A stretch of 64,000 nucleotides of DNA from Pavona decussata (Eukaryota). Below the pieces are notes generated by a model. It saw only the letters and a list, made by a program, of their open reading frames with translations. It searched no databases and was not told where the DNA came from. The stretch's first letter is position 1; each line of letters starts with the position of its first letter. The position numbers and the translations under genes are program-made. Location: the NCBI GenBank assembly GCA_977016875.1, contig CDRNST010000002.1, forward strand, positions 2,232,001 to 2,296,000, in the 5' to 3' direction. Positions 51,224 through 63,645 of the stretch are shown here, in pieces.

Positions 51224-52400
51224 TGTTTGTATGAAATCCTAATAATAAGCATCTGGATCACCAACAACAAAGTTGCAAATTGTCTAAGCTTTTAATGTAT
51301 ATATTTGTAACAAACATTAGTAAAAATATTTTTATTATTCGTTTTACATTTTATTAATAGCAAGAAAGTAATTGGTGAGTAAATGTATTAAAAATTTAAC
51401 CCAATACTGTATTTACCCACGGATAGGCCGCACCCCAAACTTTCAATGGTTTTCACGGGGAAAAAAAATAGTGAGGTCTAGTACTGGGATAAAAAAAGCA
51501 AAGTTTGAAACAATAATTTCAAAAAGCAACTAGCGCTAATATAATCAGATGCTTTAAATTGGACGACAGTTAGACACTTGTTGGTATTCATACAAGATCC
51601 TAAATTGAAGCCCTTGAACTTGACCATTTCCTTATTCGCGATATTTCTCAGTGCAACAGGGGCCTAATTCAAAGCCCTTGAAATGAATACAAGCATGACA
51701 AATTCTCAGAAAAGGGCCCCGAACAAAGTTGTCAATTGTACTGGGGTGAAGTCACAAATTCCCCAAAATTGTGAAATCACTGGTTGTCTTCAAAGATTTT
51801 AACATCTTAAGAAGGGGTGCCTGGAAAAAAGCCCTAAGTGAATTTTGATAAACTGCTAGAATCTCCTTCCAACTTTTCTTGTTTTTGGTTATGTAATAAA
51901 AAGAGAATTTGACCTTACATCAAAAGTCGCTCACTTAAGGCCTTATGCCGAGCACCCCTTCATTTATAATATTATACTTAGCTGCGTGTGGCTACGACTG
52001 AAATTGAAAAAGTTGGCCAACTTTTTCAAGTTGCTAATACTGTGAATTTTAGACAAGTCGCTAGTTGTTAGAGCATGTTACAAGCCAGGTTCAAATTTTT
52101 TAGTAGTTTTGACCAAAATGCAGTATAATAGCTGTGACAGTACAGCCTAGTGCCCTTTTACTATGTATTCCGAAATGTTATAATTAATAATGATCCTGTT
52201 ATTTTCTCTGATTGACATCAGCTCCCTCTCGTCGGGATCATTTTGTAGAAAATTCGGGTCCTTTTGAAAGGTAAACCTCTGCACCCTTCCTTCAAATCTA
52301 AAAACAAGACAAAAAAAAAAAACCTATTCAAGTTAAAAAAAAACCACCAGTGATGTCAATCAAAGGCATAAAATCAAAACTTGCACTGCACTATTTAAGG

Positions 52401-52732
52401 CAGGGCTGTCAACTCTCCAGATTTTGTACCCTTGGCTATCTCCTGTTCTCCACTTCAATGTCTTTAATCTCCAGATTTTGAAACTTTTTCCTGGTCTCCA
52501 TAGTTATGTCTGTAATCTCCCGTATATTAACTTTCAGACACTAAAATCTGAAATCTTAAGCATTGTTTCAGGTGCTGTTTGATATACTTCAAAGAGTCTT
52601 CCCCCCTCTTCCCCACTCCCACTGAAGTGGTTAATTGAGCCTTGATGCCACGCCCCCTGTAAGGCCCTTTGTTGTTGCTGGCTGGGATGTCATATTCTCC
52701 ATATTTGAAGATGTGGGAGGTTGACAGCCCTG
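52401..52732. mobile_element. hAT-like MITE, 332 bp
   Basis: TIRs CAGGGCTGTCAAC and GTTGACAGCCCTG; TTAAGG directly on both sides. Confidence 0.7.
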
Positions 52733-53165
52733 TTAAGGTTACTGAGATTTTGCTCTCTTTGATGCAAGTAGAATAAATGTGGATCGCCATTTTGATTTGA
52801 ATGATACTTTGATAATTAAATTTTGTAGGGTTGACCTAAAATACGGAATCAGTTTTATTGCATTTTGAAATGGCATCAAATTTACATAATTTTATTTTTT
52901 AGTTAAATTTTTCTTAAGAGGTCAGGCCAATGTACAGACACCAGTTAAGACTAGCAAAGATAATCACATCGATGAAATGTGAAAATCTTGACAACAGAGA
53001 ATGCACAAATAATACACTGTACAAAAGTATGGAACACTTCTGACAGACAATCAATAAATTTTCTCACTGATCTGAAAATATGGTACTTCAATAAGTAAAT
53101 TTTGTAGGGTTTACCTGAAAAAAAGAATCCAGTAATCAGAAAAGACTTTTCATCTCGGCTTTACA

Positions 53166-53788
53166 GTTAGTTAGTCAGTTAGTTAGTTCTCTCCGCGCCA
53201 TGAGGCGTATAAGGCTGCAACTTTCGTTTTCCAACCAGTCCTGTCTTTTGCTGCAGTCCTGTATTCAGCCCAGCTGGTCCACCCTTCTTGTCTGCACATC
53301 TCTCGTGCTATTTGCGCTGCTTTTCCAACTGTGTACATTGTTCGTACGTTCCAGCATCCCACACGCATTCTTGATTTTGGCGTTGCCAATGACCTTGTCG
53401 GTCTGCGGGCTTCCCGTAGGCTTTCACCCATTGAAGTCATGGTGTGTCCGGTTGTGCCTCCGTCCACGGCCACAGCTTCGCCATTGCTAGTTAGTACTTG
53501 AGAAATTGCAGTTTCGGTAATCTTCTGTTTTTTTTTCCGGGGGCAAGTGATTGGCCTGCCGCCCAACCCCCATGACCTGGAGGGCCGGTGGTTCTCTGTC
53601 AGGGTTTTCCTTCCCTTAGGGGTATTATGGCTCCCCAGTTGGTGCTGCTTTAGTCTGGACCCTCACCGCGCAGACCAATCCGGCATGGTTAGACCTGCCA
53701 GGAGCACAAGGCTCCTGCCGGCATAGCCCTGGGGGTTGTAAGGTCACACAAGCTTCCCCGCCAGGATAAGGCACACCACCAGGGGGAA
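53166..53788 (-). mobile_element. Bipartite (internally deleted) RTE non-LTR retroelement, 623 bp
   Basis: 9-bp TSD GGCTTTACA (53157-53165 and 53789-53797); (TAAC)n-like tail; APE start MRVGCWNVRTM fused in frame to the RTE C-terminus GWTSW...AAKDRTGWKTKVAAL. Confidence 0.85.
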
Positions 53789-56677
53789 GGCTTTACATCA
53801 TATTTCTATTTCTTTTTTCTCATGCTGACTAGAGCATCATGTGGGAATTAGACATCAAGTACTACTGCAACCATGCAACGTGAAGGGAGCAGGTCGCTGA
53901 AGTTTGTGTCAGCTTAAAATGCACCAAATCAGATGACTTACCTCTCAACTTCCTGGTCGTTCCTGCTCAGCAGCACACTGCCTTTGGGTGCATACAACCC
54001 CGTGGAGGCCGATCCCTGGATGAGCCCTCCTTGAATCTGATTGAGGAACTCACCCAGGGATGATGAAATTTGCGGATCATCGATCATGACCACCATGGGT
54101 GTCTGGGATAGTATCTCCAGCACTTTTTTCCTATGAATGAAAGTGATCGGATGCAGTTAGTTCAAGGGTAAGTTTCTTTTTTTTAAACACCATGGTTACA
54201 AATAGCAAAATTAGTGCAACAAACTAAATTATTCTGGAGCAACAAGGAGAGAAATTAACTCAACTCTTGAAAAGGAAAAAAATTGTGATCTGTTTTTAGT
54301 GGTTTTATATCCTTGCATTTTAAAAGTTTCAATCCATCTGACCAACTCCACCTCTGGTCACAGGGATTAATCAACAGTTTTATTGCACTAGGGTAATGAC
54401 AAAATATTTAAGCCAAAGTTTTTGTGTTTGTTGACAGATAATCATTTTAGCGTTTTGAAATAAATACAGATTTATGTAATACTTCCCCCCTTTAAGGCTT
54501 TTTTTTTGCTCAACATACACTGTACAAAAATGTTGCACACTTGTGACAGACAGTCAGGGATGTGTCCTTTAGGGCAACTAAGAGAGATGTGTAATATTAA
54601 GTAATAGATTACTAATGGTTATTTAATAATGATTATAGTTACATACGCAGATATCCCAGAGGTGGTCTGATTTCCTCCTGAGAGGAGGAGCGGGTGATGT
54701 CTACTAGCCAGACCCTGTAGCTTACTAAGTAAGTACAGGGTCAGGCTTTTCCTGCAGTTCTTCTCGGCAGAATATATCTGTCCTATGTTGCTTTCACCTT
54801 CCAAATTTGGAAAAAAAAATTATTAGTATCAGGTGTGGTTACACACACCTTGGGTCTGGGCCTTCCAATGGGTAAATGGTTTGGTTTCGGTTCAGCTCGC
54901 GTTTTATGTTACCCGTGGAGTATGTGGACTCCCCTCTGGTAAAACGTAATTTAGTTTGGCAGGAAAAATACAGATAATCATGGATTTTGTAAGCTTATTT
55001 GAAGTGAATCCCCCAGAAATATGACAGTCCAGCATTGCTTTGTGAGAAGACACTGCAGAAGGCGCTTTCAACTAGGCAGTACCTTCAAGGTTTGCATTTA
55101 TGAGCTCATAGCAAACTTGCTTGCCAGACAAGAAGTACTTCGTTATTTCTACAACCACAGGACAGTGCCAATAATTGGCAATATCAAATGATTGGAAATT
55201 TGTTTTCAATGGTAGTCTAATATGAACTACTAAAGTATTATAACAGCGGAGTATGAGGAAGTATCAATAAAGAGTTCATTTAATTACACATTTTTAAAAA
55301 AACATTTCAACAACCCAGCATGTACACCGCAGCCTGATTTAAAGGCAAAACTTTGGTGCAATTAAAGCCCTAATAGGCTTTTAACATGTCAAAAATGACT
55401 GGACATACAGTTTATTTACCCAGCAAACATTTTTTGAATGGAACAAAGAACTTAAAAATCATGTCAATCTTTGTACACACCCCAAACGTCATCCAGACTC
55501 TGAGAGCACAGCAGTCTGGACAAGGGGAAGGCCAGGGCAAGTTGAAACTGGAGCGTATTCAGGCCCATATAGCATGACTTGGTCCAGAGCCTTTCCAAAA
55601 AAATAAAATATATAAAAAATAAACGATTAATCATCAATACACAAAGCAAAGATCATGTGGCAGCAGTGAGTGTATGTATGCAAAGCATACATTCATTGCA
55701 ACATAATCTTAAATGAATGACTTTTCAAAGTTTTAACTCTCCCGCAGCATCAACAAACTCACTTCAGACCTGCCAACGTCCCTAGTTGGAGGCGTGCAAA
55801 TCTGGAGATTTCTTGTTTCAAACTGTTTTTGTTTGTGCTCCCCTTTTTTTAAGTATAAGGCTGAGGCCCCAAGATTTCTAAGTCAGTTTCTGTTTCACTC
55901 TCAAAGCAAGCCATCATTTTGAGTTATTTAACTGTTCACAACTCTTAATGATTCCTAGCAGACCTACAGCAGCTGTGATTTTAGTGACAATAGAAAATTG
56001 TACTCAGGTTTTCTCGCAAACAAATTTTGACCTTAAAGACATCCCCATCCACCCTTGGATAACCTTCCTTGGAGTGATATGGATTTTGACAATCCATCAT
56101 GACATTATTTACATGAAAATTAGGTAATGGTCACATGTCGCAATATACAAAAATATATATTATTGTTCATGTTTAGATACAAACATGTTGATTTAAGATT
56201 TTTTAATGTTTTCCTGTCACACGCATTGAATAAATTCTGCTTTGACAGCAAAGCTACGTTAAAGTCTTTAGCGTACATTATTAGCTTTGCTGGCTCAAGT
56301 ATCTGATATTGCCTCTCATGAGAGGGCACCAATTTGTTCCTCCACAAGTGGACCTGAAAAATACAAAAAAATCAAATACATGCATGTGATAATATCAGTC
56401 AAACAACACAATACTGACTACAGTTAAACCTCCGATTAGCAAGCACCCATAATGTCAAGACTGGGCATGGTAACTTTGAGATCGCAATTACAGCCAAGCC
56501 AGAAGGGGTCTAAATTTTTATTCATTAGCATACAGTAACTGCAGAAGAGACTTGGAACCCCATGCCCAAATTCTTACCTTAAAACATTATAACTTTGAAT
56601 TTCAAATAATCGACAGCATAACAATTGGTTGCCCCTTACAATCTTACCTCAGGTGCACGTGGTTGCAATTGAGAAGC

Positions 56678-56816
56678 TATGGGTCTAAAACACAGGTACA
56701 GTTCACAGGTTGTGGTTACAACCATAACCCTCACTCTAGCCTAAGCTGGGGTTAGAGGTAGGGTTAGGGTTGTGCCTGTAACCAGTGTTACCTGTGAACT
56801 GTGTTTGAGACCTGCC
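56678..56816. mobile_element. Small palindromic MITE with AACCCT/AGGGTT core (possibly IS3EU-type)
   Basis: GGTCTAAAACACAG..CAGTTCACAGG versus CCTGTGAACTGTGTTTGAGACC. Confidence 0.4.
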
Positions 56817-57533
56817 ATTTGAGAGGTGGCCACAAGGGGAGCTTTGACTGTATATGCATTTGACAATCTCATCACTGACATTTTGATTTTATCACTGACT
56901 ACACAACATAGCCCTGTACATAGACCAATAATTTTAAACATAAGCTTAATTCAGGTGACAGTGCATATCTTGTACTGTCAAAAGAAATTCTCATCTTTAA
57001 ACATCCATGTACAGCCAGGCTCTAAATGATAAACTAACAAGAGTCCTTGCAGGTTCATCAATATATTATTACCTGTAGAGCAGACAAAACCTTACTTAAT
57101 TTTTATGTTACCTCTTCGCTTATGAGCCAGTAGTTTTTTTGTTGGGCTCCTAAGTGACGTGCCCCATTGACTTTAAGACTGCCCTGGGGATCATAATGGG
57201 TTAAAAGCCATTACCAGTATGCACACACGTGTCCATTTTTCACATTTGGTGCAAATGATAAAGTGCCTGCAGGGAACTGGGCCCTTAAAGTCTCCAGTAA
57301 AGCTCTTTTACTGTCGAAAGCACTCCCTTTCAAGGTTATAGTTCTGAAATAAGCAAAAGACCATATAAGATATATAATTCTTGATCTATTGGCTATATTA
57401 AAAGCAGCAGCACGGTATTCTTGTAATTAATGAGTAACAAGATGATAATCAGTTTATATTAATATATGGTACAAGGAGGGAATTTTTGGGCCTAATCTGT
57501 GCCTTCAAACATGCAGACGCTAAAGTCCCAAAA

Positions 57534-57572
57534 GGGAGGCAGCGTGGTCGAGTGGTTAGGGCGCCAGACTTG
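57534..57572 (+). repeat. tRNA-derived SINE head fragment
   Basis: GGGAGGCAGCGTGGTCGAGTGGTTAGGGCGCCAGACT: A box present, no B box. Confidence 0.5.
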
Positions 57573-57725
57573 CCCTTTGAACACAGCGCTTAAAGTAAAT
57601 TGAGTTAAACCTCAGTGTGGATTTTCCCAGTGTTCAAAGACTCAAATCTGTGAACAGTCATTCTTTGACATTCGGTGTCTTGATGATTTGGCTAGGTTTG
57701 AAGTAGAAAATTGATCGCAAGTGCT

Positions 57726-57843
57726 GTTACTGACTAGTTTGTCACGCTGGTGTAAATTGCAAAGGGGAAACCCTAACCGTTACTGACTAGTTACTGACTA
57801 GTTTGCACGCTGGTGTAAATTGCAAAGGGGAAACCCTAACCGT
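57726..57843. repeat. Local tandem duplication of about 55 bp
   Basis: GTTACTGACTAGTTTG(T)CACGCTGGTGTAAATTGCAAAGGGGAAACCCTAACCGT twice. Confidence 0.85.
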
Positions 57844-58467
57844 AAATCACTCTTTTTCAACCTTTGTCCCACTTGTCCCCCAAGCCACTGCTTTGTTGTA
57901 TCTAGTCTTAGTAGTTTTATCTACTTTTGTCCTCCATTGACCGAGATTTCCTATTATCAGGAAGAAAAATTACTTGGTATTCATTTTGTTTATGAACTGC
58001 TGATCCGACCTGTTGACTCATTGACTCATGACTCATTTGACTCATGAAACATCCATTCTCTTTACCTTGTGAACTTTTTAGAGAAAACAAAGCCAGTGAG
58101 TGAGACCAGCCACTGACCCTCCATACCCAAATGTTACGATGGTGAGTGGATGTCACCCACAAGCTTCAATGAGAAGTCCGCAAACAAAGAAACATCCCCA
58201 TTACTCTCCTGAAAAAACGTTTTGCCTTCGCTTGGGATGAATGTCTCTGTAGAGGCCTTTCAAAAAGAAAAGAATGAAGATTTAATTAACACACACAAAA
58301 AGTCATGCACCGGAATGAGGAGCAAATTAAATTATTGTGAACAGTGATCTGAGTGAGAGGGGACAAAAAAGAGCAAAATATGACACCAAAATAATGTTGC
58401 AGCTGAAAAAAATATCATTTTAATAATAAATATCTTTGCAGAAAATTAAAATTGCCCATCATCCCTG

Positions 58468-58547
58468 GGTGTCTCGAAAATGAAGACCTCGAAAACGAAG
58501 AGTCCCAAGACCCTAAGACCCCGAAAACTCGAAAACGAAGACCCCCC
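58468..58547. repeat. GAAAACGAAGACC-type short repeat cluster, TE-terminus-like
   Basis: Repeated CTCGAAAA(C/T)GAAGACC and AAGACCC units. Confidence 0.5.
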
Positions 58548-59113
58548 AAATTTCCAAGTGTAGGTACAAAAAAATAAAATAACATAAAAATACATTAATT
58601 TATACCTCAAGTGAAACTTAAGTCCTTCCTGTGGTCCTACCATAGTTATCCACCATCCTGAGCTGAGCAGCCGCGTTTCTTGGAATACTGACCGGAAGTG
58701 TGTTTCCCGCTCCACTGGACCGGAAGCGGGCTTCCAAACGTCTTAGTTGCGCTGCTGGGTTTTTATTTAATTACCAACTACAAAGAATTGAGTGTTAAAT
58801 CCCTCCTTCTAGGAATTACAACCACATGATTGTGAGAGCAAAAGAAATGAAGCCTAGGCTTTCTATTATGAAAGTTGCTGTAATGACTTGGAGGTTCTTC
58901 AATCCCGAGTACATCCATACATTTATCTCGATAGCAAACCAGCCGTGAACTGCTACTAAGCCATAGTTCGTGGGAAAAAATACAGGAAAATGTATGGAAA
59001 GTTCAAAACACGTCTGGACGCCTTCTGGCACAGCTTTAATACATCCCTCCAATTTTTTTCCTTAAATCCTTTTCCTAGTACCAAAAGTTCCCATTTCATG
59101 AATATTTCAGAAG

Positions 59114-62100
59114 CAGGGCTCGAAATTGCGCCTGTATCGGGCGCATTTGCGACTAAAGATTTTGCTTTTGCGACTAAAATTTGTCCATTAGTAGCGATTT
59201 TGCAAATGTTTTACAGCCCAGCATATAAATAAATTATATTCAACAGTCTTGTGTCTTACTTGTAACTGGTAGCTGTAATTGTACCCGAAAAATTCTGCGA
59301 AATTCAAGTTAGATGTTACGTGACTTAATCGTTGATTTCTTGCTCCATTAAACGTGGTTTATCTAAGAAGTGTATCACGGGCGCACTTTTTTCAGATACT
59401 ATGTCGTGAAACGCTCATGAAATTTAGACATACTCAGAAATTTCCGTTCTCATTTCCGGTTCCGGTGGTAGAAGGTTGAGCAATATTCCCCTCTTATTTG
59501 CAATAGACCCTTATGACAATGTATGCAAATGACCAGGAGTTATCCGCTTTTAAGGCTCTTCTTATTAATGAGAATTTAGAAGAGGCAAAGAGGATGTTCA
59601 CCAGTAAGCTTGACGTATTCAGGAACCAGATTAGAACTGAAAGTGACCTTGTTCTTCAAAATCTTCCCCGCTTCGCCAAGTGTTTGATCCCAGCAGATGT
59701 CAACCAGGTCAAAGGTGAATTTTTTTCTGCACTCGAAGCCACAGCAAACGGAGACTGCTTGTTTAACTCCAGTTCAATTCTTCTGCACGGGAATGAATCT
59801 CTTGCAATATTATTGCGCCTCTTAGTTGCAGGTGAATTATATTTTAACGCGGAGTTTTATAGTGACCATGACGCTCTTAAAGAAACGAACAGAATTAGCA
59901 CGGATCTTACCTTGGGAACACTGTTTTCAATTGCTTTAACCAAAGAAGCCATGGATAAGTTTTACGAAACAGGCAGCAGGGTCGAGGCAGTGAAGGCTGA
60001 AGCGCTTGTTGCCTGTACCAGATATGGGTGGTCTTCTTTCGTACATTTTTTGGGGCTTGCCTCTGTCGTTTCAAGACCAGTACATTCAGTGTATCCTGAC
60101 GTGAATTTCCGCTATCGGATGCTCATACACAGAAGCCTATATCCAAGAACATCTCCCGCGTCTTTCCAGCCTCTGGTAGATGCAGCGCCCATGTACATCC
60201 TCTGGTCAAGAGATGGAAATTTTAACAATACCCCAAGTTCATGGTTTGAACCTAACCATTTCGTTCCTCTAATTAGCGAGAAGGAAGAGGTTACAACCTG
60301 CCCTAAAAAACAAGAAATCAAGGACTGCACTGGACAGAAAGCCAAACAACAAGCGACGCTTTCATCCTTTCTCATGGCAAAGCGCACTGGTGAAAGTCAG
60401 GCCAGTAAGTCAACTTCTATAGGAAGTCCATCTGGGCAAAAACGAACAGCTGCAGCTGCTAAACTCAGTAAAGAAGTTCAGCCAGATGCCAAGAAATCAA
60501 CTGCGCCACTCACAAAGCACATTGACAAGAGTAAGATGCTATACAAGTGGAAAGAAGAATTTCCATGGCTAACTATAAGGGATGAAGACCAAGCCCTCTT
60601 GTGCAGCCTGTATTGTAAAGCCCCAGACGTAGCAGGCAATACACAGTTTTTGACGGGCTGTTTTTCCATCAAGAAGGATTCCATGCAGAAGCACCCAAAA
60701 AGTAATGGCCACTTGCGCGCACAGACTGCTGTACTAGCTATACAGAAGCCAGTGCGCGAGACTGTTATAGCCCAGAGTCTCAGCTAAGGCAGGAAGGATG
60801 AGGAAGAAAGAGATCTGAAAGAGGTGGCAGTGAAGACGACAACAGCCTACTTCATTGCGAAGGAAGAACTTCCTTTTAGCAAGTTTCAAGGTCTTATCAA
60901 CCTACAAAAGAAAAATGGTTTAGAGATATCGTCCACTTATGCAAACGATAAATCTTGCGCTGAAATGGTTTCTGTCCTCGGAAAGGTGTTTAAAGAAAGA
61001 ACGACTGCTGAGATAAGCCAAAGTAAATAAATCAGCGTGATGGCAGATGGAGCCATGGATGCAGGCGGCCTCAAAAACGAAACTGTTTTCTGTCGATATC
61101 TTCAAGATGGCCGCCCAGTTAATCAGTTGATTGGACACAAGGCTGTCGAACATGCACATGCGGAAGGTAGGTAAAATAAATAACCAACTCAAATAGGCAT
61201 GGTGATGAATTCAGGCAGTCTGCTAGCCAAGTTTAACACTAAAGACTACAAACCAAGTATCTGGAGTTAAACATTACTCTGCAGTTTTTCTTGTATTGTT
61301 AAGTCAATACATTGGCTTTAAAAAAAGTAAAAATTTCAGTTCTTAAAAGTGTAGTTCTTAAAAGTCTGCTTTCTTCAAAATGTCAGGATGTTTAAAAAAA
61401 TTACTTAAAAAAAAACACAGAAACGTCACGGCAATTGGTGTGTTCCAGTAGGTGGTCAAATATCATGAAAAGCTCGTTTCTATTCTGTAAGGTAATCGAT
61501 AATTTTCAGTGATTTGGTCCCACAGGATTATTTAGTCATTGCAATAATTATAATATTATCGGTAAGAGTACATTAAAGTTTTCAACTTCCATCCTCTCAC
61601 ACTTACTAGAAGACGTCGGCCGTTATACACTGATGTATTAACCCGGACGGTTTGTTCTTTTCTTGTCTTTGGTGTATTAGCTAAATAATAAGCTCAGCAA
61701 GGCCTATATGTAATTTTCTGTTATTTTTAGGACTAAAGGATTCTATCTGTGCTACGTTCAAAGAAGCTGACTTGAACTGGGAGCGCAAAACTCGTTGCTT
61801 TTGGCGCGGACGGTGCATCGGTAAACCTAGGCAAGAAAGCGGGGCCTGCTGCTCTCCTGCAAAAAGAATTGCCCTTTCTTGTGGACTTCCACTGTTTGCC
61901 TCATGGGCTCGAACTCGCTCTTTTGGAACGTCAGAAAAGCTGTAAATCGGTGGATGATGTTTACAATGTGCTCAATTTAATCTGGAAAACATACCACTAC
62001 AGTGCTAAGAGTGTCTGTGCTTTAAAATCCATTGCCGATGAGCTTCAAATCAACATACTGAAGACAACGCAAGTGAGAGGCACTCGCTGGCTTCCACACG

Positions 62101-63260
62101 TTAGCCGGGCCCTTAACGTGTTTGTGGGATCTGCCAAGTCTATTTCTGTGTCTCAAGCTGGTCAGTATTCTGCCGTGTTAATGCACGTGGAAGATCTTGG
62201 CGTTAATTCAAAGGTTGCTGATATTCAGGGTCGAGCACGATATGTTGTTGAAAAAATGAAAGATGTTCATTTCGCTGCATTTTGCATATTTCTTAGCCGA
62301 TTTATTTGCTATTTTAAGTCGACTAAGTTTACAGATGCAGCGGAATGACATTCTTCTTCCGACTGTCGTATCTCATCTGAAGGAAACGAAGCTGCGCGTT
62401 GAATGCCTCACCAGTCGTCCTGTTCCAGATGTCCATTTGGAAAACTTTCTAAAGAAGGTGAACAAGAGCCGGTCATTCCAGGGTGTGGTTCTCAGAGGCA
62501 CACTTGAGGGAAAAAACTACACGTGGGGGGAGTATGACAGGCAGCCTTCAGTCTGAAATTGCCACTGCAGTCAATCTCTGCATGAAAGGCCTAAGCGAGA
62601 GGTTTGGCATTTTCTTGCAAGCAACTGAGTGTCAACGACCCATTAAAACGCCAACAACTATTTATGGCCCCAAGGAGGTTGTCAGAGATATGCTGGTCTT
62701 CAATGTGGATGTCTGGCCTACACGTAGCAGTGACCTAATGGACTATGGGGGGGAGGAGATCCAACGCCTGACCAACTAGTTCAAAGTGCCCTTAGAAAGA
62801 TCAGGCTGCGATGTCCAGAACATCCACTACCAGTGGGTTTCCCTGAAGATCTCAGTAAACAGCCAATTTCGCAAGATGGATTACGCCGCCCTTTGGGAAA
62901 CCTTGTTGACCAAATTGCCGTACAAGGAGGACTTTGCAGATGTTTTACATCTAGTGGAGATTCTTCTTGTACTGCCAATTTCGGCAGCGCAATGTGAACG
63001 AGCTGTGTCATCGCAGAATCGGATCAAATCCAGTACCCGAGCAACCCTTAACGTGGCGGTATTAGAGGACTTGATCCGTCTGTCTTCTGATGGCCCACCT
63101 GTGGCTGACTTTGTCCCAGCTCCTGCAGTTAACTGTTGGTTTGAACGGGACAAATCAAAGGGAGAACGCTCGAGGAGACCTCACTTTTCGGTGACTTAAA
63201 CTGTGAAACTGAACACAAAAATCTTGCTTTCAGGTTTACTAAAAGGCACTTTGCCAGTTT
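59114..63260 (+). mobile_element. hAT transposon; left end present, right TIR not found
   Basis: Starts CAGGGCTCGAAATT, followed by TTTGCGACTAAA subterminal repeats; transposase gene downstream. Confidence 0.75.
59513..63199 (+). pseudogene. Vertnin-like OTU domain + zinc finger + hAT (ZNF862/C17orf113-like) transposase, disrupted
   Basis: OTU ANGDCLFNS...WSS...PNHFVPL; finger WKEEFPWL..LCSLYC..H..S..H; AYFIAKEELPFSKF, MADG, GADGASVN.G, HCLPHGLEL, GTRW, LPISAAQCERAVS..NRIK. Stops at 60785, 61028 and 62777; frameshifts; intron about 61168-61730. Confidence 0.85.
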
Positions 63261-63455
63261 AGAATACGAGCAGGCTCACTTGCTTGGGATATCGCGAACG
63301 ACGCCGGCTTTACCACCTTGCAAACGCGGCATTTGCGCGCAATAGTCATACCCTAAACAAAGTTAATTTGCACTTGATTGCATTAAATGCTCGTGGCATG
63401 GTTATTATTTACATAACTATGTAATCATTTTTCAAGGATGGTGCCTACCAAACAG

Positions 63456-63645
63456 TAGACTGTTCACAGTCCCCCTATTTTTTCGTGGGATTCTCGAGAC
63501 CGGTACGCTTCTATGGAACCGCCGCCATCTTGGTTTGTAAAAGCGAGTGCGATCTGGGGAGAGTGTCTAAACTACCGAGGGGAGCGGGAGTGGGTGTTAG
63601 TAAAGTCGGTGAGGGAAAGCGAAAAAATAGAGGGACTGTAACAGC
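63456..63645. mobile_element. TE terminus/MITE with internal palindrome (AcademH-like TAG end)
   Basis: TAGACTGTTCACAGTCCCCCTATTTTTTCG versus CGAAAAAATAGAGGGACTGT.ACAG. Confidence 0.45.

Larger units (their letters stand above)
52150..58256 (-). pseudogene. Spliced gene (at least 7 exons) for an SF3-helicase/DUF927-like P-loop ATPase, two in-frame stops
   Basis: Exons 58256-58066, 57343-57112, 56353-56223, 55590-55481, 54797-54647, 54130-53942 and 52297-about 52150; all GT-AG and phase-compatible. Walker A-like GQIYSAEKNCRKS, Walker B VVMIDDP, motif C VLLSRN, putative Arg finger ERFEGR. Confidence 0.65.

Noticed and set aside
51025-51234. Poly-Asn ORF
   Set aside because: Translation of the (AAT)n microsatellite.
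56720-56772. Telomere-like TTAGGG/AACCCT sequence
   Set aside because: Only a few degenerate units inside a palindromic MITE; not an interstitial telomere array.
57534-57572. tRNA gene
   Set aside because: Only the 5' half with an A box is present; it is a SINE head.
59513-60787. Host vertnin or ZNF862 orthologue
   Set aside because: It lies behind a hAT terminus, continues into a transposase and carries several disabling mutations, so no gene symbol was assigned.
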